Assembly (NCBI GenBank): GCA_045606105.1 | Contig: JAZURI010000005.1 | Location: 1-64,000, forward strand | DNA: 64,000 nucleotides | From: Spirochaetia bacterium | GTDB taxonomy: Bacteria; Spirochaetota; Spirochaetia; CADAEX01 | Direction of reading: 5' to 3' | Shown: piece by piece, positions 28,698-39,644 of the stretch | Position numbering within the stretch: position 1 is the first letter of the stretch | How the letters are laid out: the number at the start of each line of letters is the position of its first letter | Program-made: the position numbers and the translations under genes | The notes under the pieces: model-generated | The model's input: the letters and a program-made list of their open reading frames with translations, nothing else | Databases searched by the model: none | What the model was told of the DNA's origin: nothing

Positions 28698-29261
28698 ATG
28701 AATAAAAAAATTTTGATTATTGTTATAATAGCCGCAGTTGCAGGCGGTATCTTCAGCTGGTATGTGGGAACAAGAAACAGGCTGGTGACCCTGGAGGAAA
28801 AGACCGCCGCTTCATGGGCCGAGATTGACAACCAGCTTCAGAGAAGAAGCGACCTTATCCCAAACCTGGTTTCCACAGTCAAGGGATACGCAAAACATGA
28901 AAGCGAGGTTTTCGGAAATATAGCGGATGCAAGATCCAGACTTGCGGGATCAGCCACCGTGGAGGAAAAGGCAGAAGGGTACAATGCCATGCAGAGTGCG
29001 CTGGGCAGGCTTCTGGCCATTGCGGAAAACTACCCCCAGCTCAAGAGCGATGCCAACTTTATCCGGCTCCAGGATGAGCTTGCAGGTACAGAAAACCGTA
29101 TTGCGGTAGCCAGAAAGCGGTATAACGACAACGTACGGAATTTCAATACACGGATCAAGATGTTCCCGGCATCCTTTGTGGCTTCCCGGATGGGATTTGA
29201 GAAAATATCCTATTTTGAGGTGGCGGAATCAGCCAAGGCACTTCCGAAAGTGGAGTTCTGA
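28698..29261 (+). CDS. lemA: LemA family protein
   Basis: QRRSDLIPNLV, ENYPQLK, GTENRIAVAR. Confidence 0.93.
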   Translation: MNKKILIIVIIAAVAGGIFSWYVGTRNRLVTLEEKTAASWAEIDNQLQRRSDLIPNLVSTVKGYAKHESEVFGNIADARSRLAGSATVEEKAEGYNAMQSALGRLLAIAENYPQLKSDANFIRLQDELAGTENRIAVARKRYNDNVRNFNTRIKMFPASFVASRMGFEKISYFEVAESAKALPKVEF

Positions 29262-30236
29262 ACCGGCCATAAAAGGAACTATTCCGTCAATTACATCAGG
29301 AATCAGGCTCTCCTTTCTTTCAAGGGAGAGCTTTTCTTTTGTCCTCGGAAGTCCGTAAAAATCCGGCCCGTATACGGAAAGGAAGTTTTCCAGCATATCA
29401 AGCTTACCGGCCCTGTCAAAAAGCTCTGCCATAAGCGGTACTGCACATGGGGCAGAATAGATTCCCCCTCCGGCAGAACCCGATTCCTTCCTGGTCTTGA
29501 GATGAGGTGCGCTGTCCGAACCGAAGAAAAACTTCCTGCTGCCGGAGAACACAGCCTCCCTTATGGCTTCCATATCCTTTATTCCCTTAACCACAGGCTT
29601 GCAGAAGTTATGGGGATTCATGTTGCCCCCGATAACATCGTCCAGGGTTATCAGCAGATGATGGGCTGTCACGGATGCAGCCACGTTGTCGGGAAGAGAA
29701 TCCACCAGATCTACGGAACGGCGGTCGGAAACATGCTCAAACACCATCTTAAGTCCCGGAAATGCCTTTGCTATGGCCCGGAATTCGGCATGATACCTGT
29801 ATTCCCGCTCCAGTACGGAGGCATCGGGCTTTTCACAGTGAATGGAGAGAATCATACCCAGATTGCACATGGCGGCCAGGGCTTCCTTTATATCCTTCCG
29901 GCTTCTGACACCGTCCTGGGAATTGGTGGTCACCCCTGCGGGATAAAGCTTTCCCACAAACGCTCCCACAGCAGCCATTTTCCTTACGGTTTCTCCGGTC
30001 ATGCCCGGATAAAGCTTGAAGGTCATTATGGGGTCAAAGCTATCTGACAGCTCCTTAATTTCGTTTCTGTATCTGATTACCGATTCCGGGGTATTTACCG
30101 GAGGAAGGGTATTTGGCATGACAACCCCTCTGCAGAACCAGTCGGATGCATCCCTTACTGTGGTTCTGAGCATCTCTCCCTGCCTGAGATGAATGTGCAT
30201 GTCAGATGGTTTAAGAATTGTCAGCTTATTTCCCAT
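29229..30236 (-). CDS. pyrC: Dihydroorotase
   Basis: DMHIHLR, KLYPAGVTTNS, GSDSAPH. Confidence 0.92.
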   Translation of the reverse strand: MGNKLTILKPSDMHIHLRQGEMLRTTVRDASDWFCRGVVMPNTLPPVNTPESVIRYRNEIKELSDSFDPIMTFKLYPGMTGETVRKMAAVGAFVGKLYPAGVTTNSQDGVRSRKDIKEALAAMCNLGMILSIHCEKPDASVLEREYRYHAEFRAIAKAFPGLKMVFEHVSDRRSVDLVDSLPDNVAASVTAHHLLITLDDVIGGNMNPHNFCKPVVKGIKDMEAIREAVFSGSRKFFFGSDSAPHLKTRKESGSAGGGIYSAPCAVPLMAELFDRAGKLDMLENFLSVYGPDFYGLPRTKEKLSLERKESLIPDVIDGIVPFMAGSELHFRKCLG

Positions 30237-30294
30237 ATTTAACCTCTCTTTTCAATACTATAATTTTAAAGTATAATATTATCAAGGAGAAAAA

Positions 30295-31260
30295 ATGAGC
30301 GGAAAAAAGGTTCTTGTGGTAGTTCCGGTGGAGGAAAGACACAAAAAACTGCTTACAGAGGCATATCCTGAGGGAGAATTCATCTGGTGCAGCAAGGATT
30401 ACGATAATCTGCTGCCGGAAGCACAGATACTTATCGGAAACATTCCGAAGGAAAAGATAAAGCTGGCATCAAGGCTTGAGTGGATGCAGACAAACAATGC
30501 GGGGGTTGACGAATATACCGCACCTGGAATAATTCCTGAAAATGTTATCTTTTCCTGTGCATCGGGAACCTACGGACTGGCAATTTCAGAATATATGCTG
30601 GGGTGTGTCTTCTCGCTTTTCAAGAAGCTTAACCGCTACAGGATAAATCAGCTGAATCATGAATGGAAGGATGAAGGCTATGTGACATCAGTCTACGGAA
30701 GCAGGACCCTGGTAATCGGATTCGGTGATATCGGCCGTGAATTCGGCTACAGGATGCACCTGCTGGGAAGCGAGGTCTGCGGAATCAAAAGAACACCCGG
30801 GGAAAAGCCGGAATGGCTGAAGGAACTCTACACCCTTGATGACCTGGAAAACATAATCGGGGATTTCGATGTGGTTTCCCTTTCGCTGCCCAACACCCCT
30901 TCCACAAGGCATATCATTGATTACAGGCTCCTGAGCAGGATGAAAAAAAGTGCCGTACTTGTAAACGTGGGCCGGGGCAATGCCATAGTTACCGACGACC
31001 TGGTGAGGGCACTTGATGAAAAGCTCATTTTCGGGGCAGCCGTGGATGTTACGGACCCTGAACCACTGCCTCCGGATCACCCTCTCTGGGATGCTGAAAA
31101 CATTATTATAACACCACATACATCGGGTCAGTACCATCTGCCTGAGACCTTTGAACGGATCATCAGGCTGGCGGCCGAAAACCTAAGAGCCTTCACTACA
31201 GGCGGAAAAATCAAAAGTGTAGTAGACTTCAAGACAGGATACAGGAAAAATGACTGCTGA
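30295..31260 (+). CDS. D-2-hydroxyacid dehydrogenase
   Basis: GFGDIG, NVGRG, DVTDPEPLP, TPH. Confidence 0.9.
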   Translation: MSGKKVLVVVPVEERHKKLLTEAYPEGEFIWCSKDYDNLLPEAQILIGNIPKEKIKLASRLEWMQTNNAGVDEYTAPGIIPENVIFSCASGTYGLAISEYMLGCVFSLFKKLNRYRINQLNHEWKDEGYVTSVYGSRTLVIGFGDIGREFGYRMHLLGSEVCGIKRTPGEKPEWLKELYTLDDLENIIGDFDVVSLSLPNTPSTRHIIDYRLLSRMKKSAVLVNVGRGNAIVTDDLVRALDEKLIFGAAVDVTDPEPLPPDHPLWDAENIIITPHTSGQYHLPETFERIIRLAAENLRAFTTGGKIKSVVDFKTGYRKNDC

Positions 31261-32395
31261 AAGAGTTGCAAATTCAGAAACCACGATCTTCACCGTGGTA
31301 AATAATCTGGCGGCAAAATACAATGCCGTGGGGCTGAGTCAGGGAGCACCCGACTTCAATCCTGAAAAATGGGTAATGGACATTGTCAAGGAGTCCTTTG
31401 ACCTGGGCCGGAACCAATATGCACCAATGACCGGCGTGCCGGAGCTGAGACAGGCAATCAGCACCCTTTACCGGGAGAAATACGGCATCAGCTATGATGT
31501 GGACAAATGCATAACCGTAACTGCAGGGGCCACAGAGGCTATCTTCTGTGCGGTCATGGCTCTCTGCGGACCGGGAGACGAACTTATCGTATTCGAGCCT
31601 TTCTTCGATTCCTATGCCGGAAGCGCAAAGATGGCAGACTGCGGTCTCAAAACCGTAACCCTCAGGCTTCCTGATTTCTCGTTTACCGAGGCCGATCTTG
31701 AAAAGGCGGTTTCCCCTAAAACAAAGGCAATCATCATCAATAACCCCCACAATCCTACCGGAAAGGTCTATACAAGAGAGGAGCTGGAAACCATAGGCCG
31801 TGTTGCAGAAAAACATAATCTGACCGTCATCAGCGACGAGGTTTACGAGAATCTGGTTTTCGACGGTCTGAAGCATATTCCGACAGCCTCGGTACCGGGT
31901 CTGGAAAACAGAACTGTAACCATTTCATCCACAGCCAAGACCTTCTCCTCCACCGGCTGGAAAATAGGGTACATGTGTGCACCTCCCCTTCTTTCCGAAG
32001 CAGTGAGAGCAGTTCATCAGTGGGTAACTTTTGCGGTAAATACTCCGCTTCAGATAGCTTTTTCTAAAATTATCCCTGCTTCGGCGGAATATTCACGGAA
32101 ATTCTGTGCAGAAATGGAAAAAAGAAGGGATTTTCTTACAGAAAAGGCAACAGAATGGGGCTTTGATCCGATAAAAAGTGCAGGTTCCTATTTCTTTATG
32201 GCTACTTTTGACCGTATTTCGGATCTGGACGACATGAAATTCATGGAATACATGATCAGGGAAAAGCAGGTGGCCCTTATTCCGGCTTCCCCTTTCTACC
32301 TCAATGCCATGGATGAAGGAAAAAGACTGGTAAGATTCAATTTTGTAAAATCAATGGAAGCCTTGGAAAAAGCTGCAGAAAACATGAGGAGATAA
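31250..32395 (+). CDS. Class I/II PLP aminotransferase
   Basis: LSQGAPD, NNPHNPTG, DEVY, AKTFSSTGWKIG. Confidence 0.9.
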   Translation: MTAERVANSETTIFTVVNNLAAKYNAVGLSQGAPDFNPEKWVMDIVKESFDLGRNQYAPMTGVPELRQAISTLYREKYGISYDVDKCITVTAGATEAIFCAVMALCGPGDELIVFEPFFDSYAGSAKMADCGLKTVTLRLPDFSFTEADLEKAVSPKTKAIIINNPHNPTGKVYTREELETIGRVAEKHNLTVISDEVYENLVFDGLKHIPTASVPGLENRTVTISSTAKTFSSTGWKIGYMCAPPLLSEAVRAVHQWVTFAVNTPLQIAFSKIIPASAEYSRKFCAEMEKRRDFLTEKATEWGFDPIKSAGSYFFMATFDRISDLDDMKFMEYMIREKQVALIPASPFYLNAMDEGKRLVRFNFVKSMEALEKAAENMRR

Positions 32396-32396
32396 C

Positions 32397-32975
32397 ATGA
32401 AAGTTCTTTTTATAAACAGCTGTATAAGAAAGGAGTCCAGAACCAAGAGACTGGCAGAATATCTTATTTCAAAATTTGAAAATGTGGAATTCGAATTCCT
32501 GGATCTCAACAAGGAAAAAATCTCTCCCCTCAGCAGGAAGACCCTGGAGGAAAGAGACCGTGCCATTTCAGAGAAAAACTTTTCTCACCCTATGTTCAGA
32601 TATGCAAAGCAGTTTGCCGAAGCAGATATTATTGTCATGGCCGCACCGTTCTGGGATCTTTCGTTCCCGGCCCTGCTCAGAAGCTATATCGAAGCAATCA
32701 CAGTAAACCATGTTACCTTCAGATATTCCGAAAAGGGAATCCCTGAAGGGCTCTGCAAAGGGGAAAAGCTCTATTATGTAACCACAGCGGGAGGCTTTAT
32801 CGGCGACTATGATTTCGGATACAAGTATGTCAAAACCATGGCCAAAGGAATGTACGGCATCCCTAAGACAACCTGCATCAAGGCCGAGGGACTGGATATC
32901 TACGGTGCCGATGTGGAAGGCATCCTGAGAAAGGCTGAAGAAGAAATAGACAAAATTAAAAATCCCGGCTGTTAA
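32397..32975 (+). CDS. FMN-dependent NADH-azoreductase-like flavoprotein
   Basis: SRT, APFWDLSFPA, TFRY, TAGG. Confidence 0.8.
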   Translation: MKVLFINSCIRKESRTKRLAEYLISKFENVEFEFLDLNKEKISPLSRKTLEERDRAISEKNFSHPMFRYAKQFAEADIIVMAAPFWDLSFPALLRSYIEAITVNHVTFRYSEKGIPEGLCKGEKLYYVTTAGGFIGDYDFGYKYVKTMAKGMYGIPKTTCIKAEGLDIYGADVEGILRKAEEEIDKIKNPGC

Positions 32976-32983
32976 CCGGGATT
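32958..32983. terminator. Hairpin between convergent genes
   Basis: aatcccgg-ctgttaa-ccgggatt; near copy of the hairpin at 12660. Confidence 0.65.
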
Positions 32984-32987
32984 ATGT

Positions 32988-35900
32988 TTACTCCTTATCG
33001 TACTCTATCAGTTCTGCCGAACCCGGATTGCTTTTATAGCGCATTACATTAAGCATGAAAATATTCAGCTTGTTGATAATGTTCGGCGGCAGCTGGTTTC
33101 CGTCAATCTCGATGGAAATTGCAGGATACCTGTGAGCCCTTGCATAAGGTGTATAGAGTCCTTCGATAACTCTTCCGATAAGACAGGCAAACGGTGCAAT
33201 GTTGATGACACCGGAATAACCCTCCTCCATGGCAGTGGCAGCAGCGCCGCTGGAAACGGAAATCTCGGAATTGAGCTCGTAGCTTACAAACTTGAGGGCG
33301 TTGTTCATGATCTTTTTCATGTCATGAGGGGAATGCGGCACCAGATTACAGCCTGAAAGGGCCTCCTTTACCTCTTTTTCCCTGGCCTCCTTCCACTTTT
33401 CGATAACCTTGAGGTTAACAAGCTTCTTTGTATTTTCGCTGAAAACCTTTTTCATCGGTGAAAGAACAGACCTTTCCCTCTTCAGGAAATATTCCTGTAC
33501 AAAGTCGGTGTAGTGAATCCACTCGGCAATACCCGATACCTTGGCAATAATTCCCTTGTCGGCACAGGATCCGATGATCTCATCTACGGCATAGTCATCA
33601 CGCCTTACATAGATCTCACCTACAACCAGTACCTTCGGACACTTTTCAGGATCTCTTTTCAGAGGAATTTTCTTCACTCTGTCGGAGAATGCCTTCAGCG
33701 CAGGGAGAAGATTCTTTTCATCCTCCCTTACGGCCCTGATTACATCATCCACACCCAGGTTCACCTCTTTAAGGGCTGCATCCCTGTCTGCGGCACAGGT
33801 CCTGAGGACAGTCTGGATATCCTTCATGTAGTCGGCGGCACATACATTCTTCCACATCACCTTGGAGAAATCCTGTCCCAGTTCGGAATAGGAGCGGTCT
33901 GCACTGAGGGTGAAGACTACCACGTTTTCCAGTCTGAGATCCCTGAACAGGTTCTGGTAGTAAACATAATACTGACCTGTTCTGCACGGTCCCGTGGTAA
34001 TAGGAACGAAAATCATATAGATCTTGTCCTTCTCGTATTTCTCTGAAGCAAAATACTCAAGCATTGAGCCCAGGAGCAGGAGTGACGGAACACATTCCTT
34101 TCCGGATGCATGGTTGCGGGCAAAACGGAGTGTTCTCTGTGTCGGAATCGGAACCGCTTCGGCCTGTACGCCGGTGGAATTGATGGCTGCAGCCAGCAGA
34201 CGGGTTGAAATATCTCCCATGTTGCTGAGAAGAATCTTTACCTTCTTGTTATTGCGGATAGGAATCTTTTCGTTTGTATGCTCGTTGAAGAGATGAACCT
34301 CTTCGATACCGTCATTTACGAAACGGAGTCCGTTGTCATAGCGTTCAGCTTCCTTGCCGGTATACTTGAGCCTGTAACCCTCGATGATATCCAGGAATGC
34401 CTCTACACGGGTATCCACTCCCGCATCTGCGGAATGGGAATCCAGCTCCAGCACCAGGAACGGCTTTGTTCCCATGATCCATTTCAGATAATGGAGCATG
34501 AAGGAGTCCGGCGCACATGAGAAGTTACTGATCCATGTTACGAAAATATTAGGATTATCCTTTACATTGAACGCGGTATGCATGTCCTTCTGGCCGTAAT
34601 ACCAGTACATGTTAGGGAAAATTTCCTTGTTTCCGATAGGGAGGATATCAAACGGAATTACAGTGTTGCCTCTTGATGTGAACTTGCGGGGAATACCGAT
34701 GTTGGCCTCTTTTGCAAAGGCATTGTACGGTCTTCCGAGAAGAGCGATAACCGGCTGCTTCTGTTTTTCGGCAAATGCAAGAGCCTCTTTTCCCAGCTCA
34801 AAGGCGGCATCCTGATATTCGTTCTGCTTCTTCAGGGCGGTATCAAAGGCTTCTCCGGCCTCTGCTTCGGTAAATCCCAGCTGTGTTCCCAGCTGCAGGA
34901 AGAATTCCCTTGCCTTGTCCAGGCCGGTTCTGAAGCTGACTACAGGAGCCAGTATCTTGCCTTCGGGAATTTCCGGGAATGCCTTCTGGATATAGTACGG
35001 CAGACTCTGTGTTATCGGACAGAAGTTGGCGTGGATATCCTTTTCATGGCTTTCCATGTCCCTGAAATGAGGAAGGAAAATGAAATCTGCCCCCTTGTCC
35101 AGGATATCCTGTACGGCACCGTGGGCTATTTCCGCAGGGAAACAGTAGGTGGATTCCGTTCTGGCCGCTCCGGACGGTGAAACCTCGTCGGAAAGAATGG
35201 TCTTGATACCCAGCTTATGGAAATACCAGGCATAGAACGGATAGAGGGTATACACGGAAAATGCCTTAGGAATTCCGATTGTATAGCTTCTTTTCTGTAC
35301 AAAATCTCCTTCATCCGGAGCAAATGTATTGAACATCAGGTTATTGCGTTCATCAACAAAGTTCCTGATGGATGCCTCATCAATATTCTTTTTCTTTCTG
35401 GAGTTGGTATACTTGGAGCATCTTCCTCCGAACATATACTTGTTTCCGTTGACATTGAGAATACGGATAGGGCAGAGGTTCTCGCAGGACCTGCACTTGA
35501 ATTCACTTTCGTAGATGATTTCCGATGCAATGATCCGGTCGATGTCGTAGGAGGCCTTAGGAATAAGTCCTTCCTTGTATTTCTGCTTTGCAAGAAGTCC
35601 TACACCGAAGCAGCCCATAAGTTCAGGATCCGGCGGAACAAGAATTTCCTTGCCGAGAAGAAGGGCAAAAGCCAGAGGAATCGCCTTGTTCTTTGCCACA
35701 CCGCCCTGGAGGAATATCTTGTTTCCTACGGTTCTGTTGCCTACTACCCTGTTCAGATAGTTGGAAACGATGGAGGTGACAATACCGGCAGTAATGTTTT
35801 CCTTTGAAGCCCCCTGCTGGATTGCTTTTCTGATGTCGGAATTGATGAATGCGGAACAATGTTCACCGAACTTGAGCGGATTGTCTGCTTCAAGGGCAAT

Positions 35901-37262
35901 ATCCCCGATTTCCCATGCGTGGGCAATATTCAGGTCTCCTGATGCAGATTCCTCAAGGAATGAACCCGTACCTGCCGAGCATGCCTCGTTCATGGCATAG
36001 TCAATAGGCACCTTGTTCTTGAGAAGTACATATTTTGCATCCTGACCGCCGATTTCGAAAATGGTATCAACGTCCTTTGCAAAATAGGTTGTTCCTTCGG
36101 TATGGGCGATAATTTCGTTGTATACCGCAGGAGTTTCGAGAAATACACCCAGAATTTCCCTGGATGAGCCTGTTGTGGAAGCAAGGGAGATGGTAATCTT
36201 TCCGTCGCCGATGTCTTCCCGCACCTGTTTCTTGATCTCTTCGAGACAATGCTTCAGCGCCTTCACCGGATCGCCGTGGGTACGACCGTAGAAAGAGGCT
36301 GTGATCTCATCTGTCTCCATGTCGATAAGACAGGCCTTGGTTGTTGTAGAACCACCGTCTACACCCAGCACATATTCTCTGCCGGCAACAGTCTTGCCAT
36401 GCTTTGCAGGAAAATACGTGACCTTGGAAAGCTGAGTCTTCAAACTGTCCATGTTTGCGAAGCTTATCTTGTTTTTCGCAATCAACTTGCCGGGTTCAGG
36501 CATAGGGCTTCCGTTTTCTTCTGCCAGATAAGCAGCTCCGAGAGCCTCAAAACAGGAGGCCTCTTCCGGAATGATAAACTGGATATCCGGAGCTTTTTCT
36601 CTGATAAAACGGACAATATGGCGGTTTTTTGTAATTCCGCCGACAAGAATAACTTTACCTTTGCTTATTCTTGCCTTTTTCAGAAAGTCTATGACCTTTA
36701 CAGCCATGACATTGCTCAGTGAAAGTACGATGTCCTCTTTTGTAGCCTCGCCTTTATTGAGACGATGGGTACAGTCACTCTTCATAAAAACAGAACATCT
36801 GGTTGAGAGTGGCAACACCTTAGCTGTATCTGGAACAGAATTTACGTTATCCAATGTCATATCCATTCTGGATAACTGCTGTTTAAAGAATTCTCCTGTT
36901 CCGGATGCGCACTTGCTTCCCGAAAAATTATTGACTATCCTTCCCCTCTCGTTGAGTGTATACACAACAAGATCTTCACCGCCCAGCGAAACAATGGCAT
37001 CTGCCTCGAGCTTAAGCCTTTTTATGGCTTCCTCGATACACAGAGGCTCCACTGTCTTGTTTACAGAAAAGAGGAAACGCCCCTCTGTTCCTGTTGCCAG
37101 CGCCTTCGCCCCATGCTCCACGTCATGGGCTGACAGTATTTTTTCCGCAGCTTCAAGGAAATTACCCTCATGAGGAACAGATTCTGCCCACAGGAGAGTA
37201 CCGTCGGTTACACAAGCCATTTTAAGGCTGGACGAACCGATGTTGATTCCTATGCTTTGCAT
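32988..37262 (-). CDS. Acyl-CoA dehydratase activase-like multidomain protein (two BadF/BcrAD ATPase domains plus DUF2229-like region)
   Basis: IGSSS, CASGTG, DGGSTTTK, EIGGQDAK, CSAGTGSF, GPCRTGQY. Confidence 0.85.
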   Translation of the reverse strand: MQSIGINIGSSSLKMACVTDGTLLWAESVPHEGNFLEAAEKILSAHDVEHGAKALATGTEGRFLFSVNKTVEPLCIEEAIKRLKLEADAIVSLGGEDLVVYTLNERGRIVNNFSGSKCASGTGEFFKQQLSRMDMTLDNVNSVPDTAKVLPLSTRCSVFMKSDCTHRLNKGEATKEDIVLSLSNVMAVKVIDFLKKARISKGKVILVGGITKNRHIVRFIREKAPDIQFIIPEEASCFEALGAAYLAEENGSPMPEPGKLIAKNKISFANMDSLKTQLSKVTYFPAKHGKTVAGREYVLGVDGGSTTTKACLIDMETDEITASFYGRTHGDPVKALKHCLEEIKKQVREDIGDGKITISLASTTGSSREILGVFLETPAVYNEIIAHTEGTTYFAKDVDTIFEIGGQDAKYVLLKNKVPIDYAMNEACSAGTGSFLEESASGDLNIAHAWEIGDIALEADNPLKFGEHCSAFINSDIRKAIQQGASKENITAGIVTSIVSNYLNRVVGNRTVGNKIFLQGGVAKNKAIPLAFALLLGKEILVPPDPELMGCFGVGLLAKQKYKEGLIPKASYDIDRIIASEIIYESEFKCRSCENLCPIRILNVNGNKYMFGGRCSKYTNSRKKKNIDEASIRNFVDERNNLMFNTFAPDEGDFVQKRSYTIGIPKAFSVYTLYPFYAWYFHKLGIKTILSDEVSPSGAARTESTYCFPAEIAHGAVQDILDKGADFIFLPHFRDMESHEKDIHANFCPITQSLPYYIQKAFPEIPEGKILAPVVSFRTGLDKAREFFLQLGTQLGFTEAEAGEAFDTALKKQNEYQDAAFELGKEALAFAEKQKQPVIALLGRPYNAFAKEANIGIPRKFTSRGNTVIPFDILPIGNKEIFPNMYWYYGQKDMHTAFNVKDNPNIFVTWISNFSCAPDSFMLHYLKWIMGTKPFLVLELDSHSADAGVDTRVEAFLDIIEGYRLKYTGKEAERYDNGLRFVNDGIEEVHLFNEHTNEKIPIRNNKKVKILLSNMGDISTRLLAAAINSTGVQAEAVPIPTQRTLRFARNHASGKECVPSLLLLGSMLEYFASEKYEKDKIYMIFVPITTGPCRTGQYYVYYQNLFRDLRLENVVVFTLSADRSYSELGQDFSKVMWKNVCAADYMKDIQTVLRTCAADRDAALKEVNLGVDDVIRAVREDEKNLLPALKAFSDRVKKIPLKRDPEKCPKVLVVGEIYVRRDDYAVDEIIGSCADKGIIAKVSGIAEWIHYTDFVQEYFLKRERSVLSPMKKVFSENTKKLVNLKVIEKWKEAREKEVKEALSGCNLVPHSPHDMKKIMNNALKFVSYELNSEISVSSGAAATAMEEGYSGVINIAPFACLIGRVIEGLYTPYARAHRYPAISIEIDGNQLPPNIINKLNIFMLNVMRYKSNPGSAELIEYDKE

Positions 37263-37341
37263 AAAAATACTCCTTCTTTTTGAGAACATTAGTTCATTTA
37301 TTTGCAATTTACTTATATTATGTTAAATAATCAAGTAAATT

Positions 37342-38859
37342 TCATCCAAAATAGAGAGGTTTGGTTACAAATTCCGGCTCACTTGTGGAGTTCAGACCAA
37401 GCTTTCTCAGTCCCGCTGCATCACCCGAAGATGGTATATGAGTCATATGGATTTCGCACCCCGAAAGTTCTTTCAGCTTTTTAAGAGCTGAAGCAGCTAC
37501 CGGGTCTGATGCCGCACCTATGGAAAAAGCAATGAGAGTCTCCTCCAGATTCAGGCTGACAGATGCACTTTTAAGTACATCCTTCTTGAAATCGGCCAGG
37601 GAAGTCAGGATATGACTCTGAAGCAGGTCTGTCTCGGCAGGAATACCTGCCAGTCTCTTGGCTGCGGTAAGGACAACGCTGGAAGCGGCATGGAGAAGGG
37701 GAGAATTGTGTCCTGTAACAACTGTTCCGTCAGGAAGCTCGATGGCGGCGCCGCTGTAGATGCCGCGGTTACCCTGATTTCTCTCTCTTGCTGTCTTTGC
37801 GGCTTCACGGGCAGGACGTACGGTTTTCCTGTCCTCCTGTGTAAGTCCCATATCTTTCATCAGAAGCTCTACCCTTGTCATTGTGTCACTGGAGCAGAGC
37901 CCCACCACATGCTCACAGGCATAGCGGAAATAACGGCGGATCACCTCCTGCTGGGCAGCCTGTCTTACAACCTCGTCATCGATAATTGCAAAGCCGGCCC
38001 TGTTTACCCCCATATCGGTTGGAGACCTGTAGATGGACGGAGCTTCGGTAATACGCTCGATGATACGCTGGAGAAGAGGAAATGCCTCCAGATCCCTGTT
38101 GTAGTTCACAGTCTTGATGTCATAAGCCTCAAGATGGAAGTGGTCAATCATATTTGAATCTTTAAGCTCGGCTGTAGCAGCCTCGTAGGCAATGTTTACG
38201 GGGTGCTTGAGGGGAAGATTCCAGATAGGAAAGGTTTCGAATTTTGCATAGGCAGCCCTGATGCCTCTCTTGTTTTCGTGATACATCTGGGAAAGACAGG
38301 TAGCAAGCTTTCCGCTGCCGGGACCCGGTCCCGTTACCACCACAATAGGCTTTTCTGTTTCGATATATTCATTGGCCCCGTACCCCTGTTCGCTGACAAT
38401 AAGATCCACATTTGTAGGATACCCCTTGGTAAACTTGTGCATGCAGACTTTCATGCCGCGGCATTCCATGGCCTTTCTGAAAATATCGGCAGCAGGCTGA
38501 CCGTCGTAACGGGTAATGACTATAGCCTTGATTTTTATGCCCCATGCGGCAAAATCATCGATTGTCTTGACCACATCGGCATCGTAGGTAATTCCGAAAT
38601 CTCCTCTGATTTTCTTTTTTTCGATGTCAATGGCGCAGATACACATGATAACATCCACGGAATCCTTCATTTTTGCAAGAAGCTGCATCTTCACATTGGG
38701 ATCGTATCCCGGAAGAACCCTGGCTGCGTGGAAGTCATACATGATCTTTCCGCCGAACTCAAGATACAGCTTTTCACTGTTGCAATCCTTGATCCGTGCA
38801 AGAATGGTCTCGCTCTGCTGTCTCAGATACAAGTCATTGTCAAAACCCACTTTCTTCAT
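37342..38859 (-). CDS. DUF1846 family protein
   Basis: KLYLEFGGK, GPGSGKLATCLSQ, YAKFETFP. Confidence 0.88.
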   Translation of the reverse strand: MKKVGFDNDLYLRQQSETILARIKDCNSEKLYLEFGGKIMYDFHAARVLPGYDPNVKMQLLAKMKDSVDVIMCICAIDIEKKKIRGDFGITYDADVVKTIDDFAAWGIKIKAIVITRYDGQPAADIFRKAMECRGMKVCMHKFTKGYPTNVDLIVSEQGYGANEYIETEKPIVVVTGPGPGSGKLATCLSQMYHENKRGIRAAYAKFETFPIWNLPLKHPVNIAYEAATAELKDSNMIDHFHLEAYDIKTVNYNRDLEAFPLLQRIIERITEAPSIYRSPTDMGVNRAGFAIIDDEVVRQAAQQEVIRRYFRYACEHVVGLCSSDTMTRVELLMKDMGLTQEDRKTVRPAREAAKTARERNQGNRGIYSGAAIELPDGTVVTGHNSPLLHAASSVVLTAAKRLAGIPAETDLLQSHILTSLADFKKDVLKSASVSLNLEETLIAFSIGAASDPVAASALKKLKELSGCEIHMTHIPSSGDAAGLRKLGLNSTSEPEFVTKPLYFG

Positions 38860-38891
38860 GATGTCATTATACATACGACTAATAAAAATAT

Positions 38892-39572
38892 TCAAGCATT
38901 CAAAAAGGAATAAAGATTATTTCTTATCAGAGAAAAGACTTGTGAGATTTCCTCCCTCAGCTGTAAAGCAGCGTATCCATACAGCGGCTCCAGGGAAACC
39001 GACACATGGGAATCGCTTTCCAGAAGCAGTCTGTCAGCCGGCAGGGAAGCAAAGGCCCGCCTCATTGAAAGGCTTCCTTCCCGCAGGAGAAGAGGAGAAA
39101 AGGAAAACCATGTATTACGCTTCAGAAACCGGGCCGCAGTCTCTGCAGAGCCGGAGAAACAGTGCATCAGCACAGGATGCTTTTTCGGAAGGGTATCCAG
39201 GATTTCCGTCATGGTGTTCCAGCCTCTGACACAGTGTACGGAAACAGGAACACCCAGGCTGACTGCCAGATCCAGATGCCGTCTGAAAAAAAGAATCTGA
39301 TCCTCATACCGGGAGCTTCCGCACAGCTTGTCCAGACCGGTTTCCCCTATCCCCCACACAGCTTTATCAGGTCTATGACCTTTTATTTTTTCTATAACTG
39401 AAATATCGTATACGGAAGGATCTGCATGCCATGGATGAATGCCGAAAAAAGGGATAATATTATCCTGTACCGGAATTTTATCCCAATCTTCCGGGGTTAC
39501 GGAATTATACAGCACCAGGGTTTTCTCATCAGGATCCGGTATATAATGACAATGAGCATCCACATACATCAT
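38892..39572 (-). CDS. TatD family hydrolase
   Basis: DAHCH, GIHPW, IGETGLD, LLESD. Confidence 0.88.
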   Translation of the reverse strand: MMYVDAHCHYIPDPDEKTLVLYNSVTPEDWDKIPVQDNIIPFFGIHPWHADPSVYDISVIEKIKGHRPDKAVWGIGETGLDKLCGSSRYEDQILFFRRHLDLAVSLGVPVSVHCVRGWNTMTEILDTLPKKHPVLMHCFSGSAETAARFLKRNTWFSFSPLLLREGSLSMRRAFASLPADRLLLESDSHVSVSLEPLYGYAALQLREEISQVFSLIRNNLYSFLNA

Positions 39573-39644
39573 GATTAAATATTACAGGCTTAAATAATGA
39601 CAGTCAAACATTTTTTTGATACAGTTATATTGAGGATGAATATC

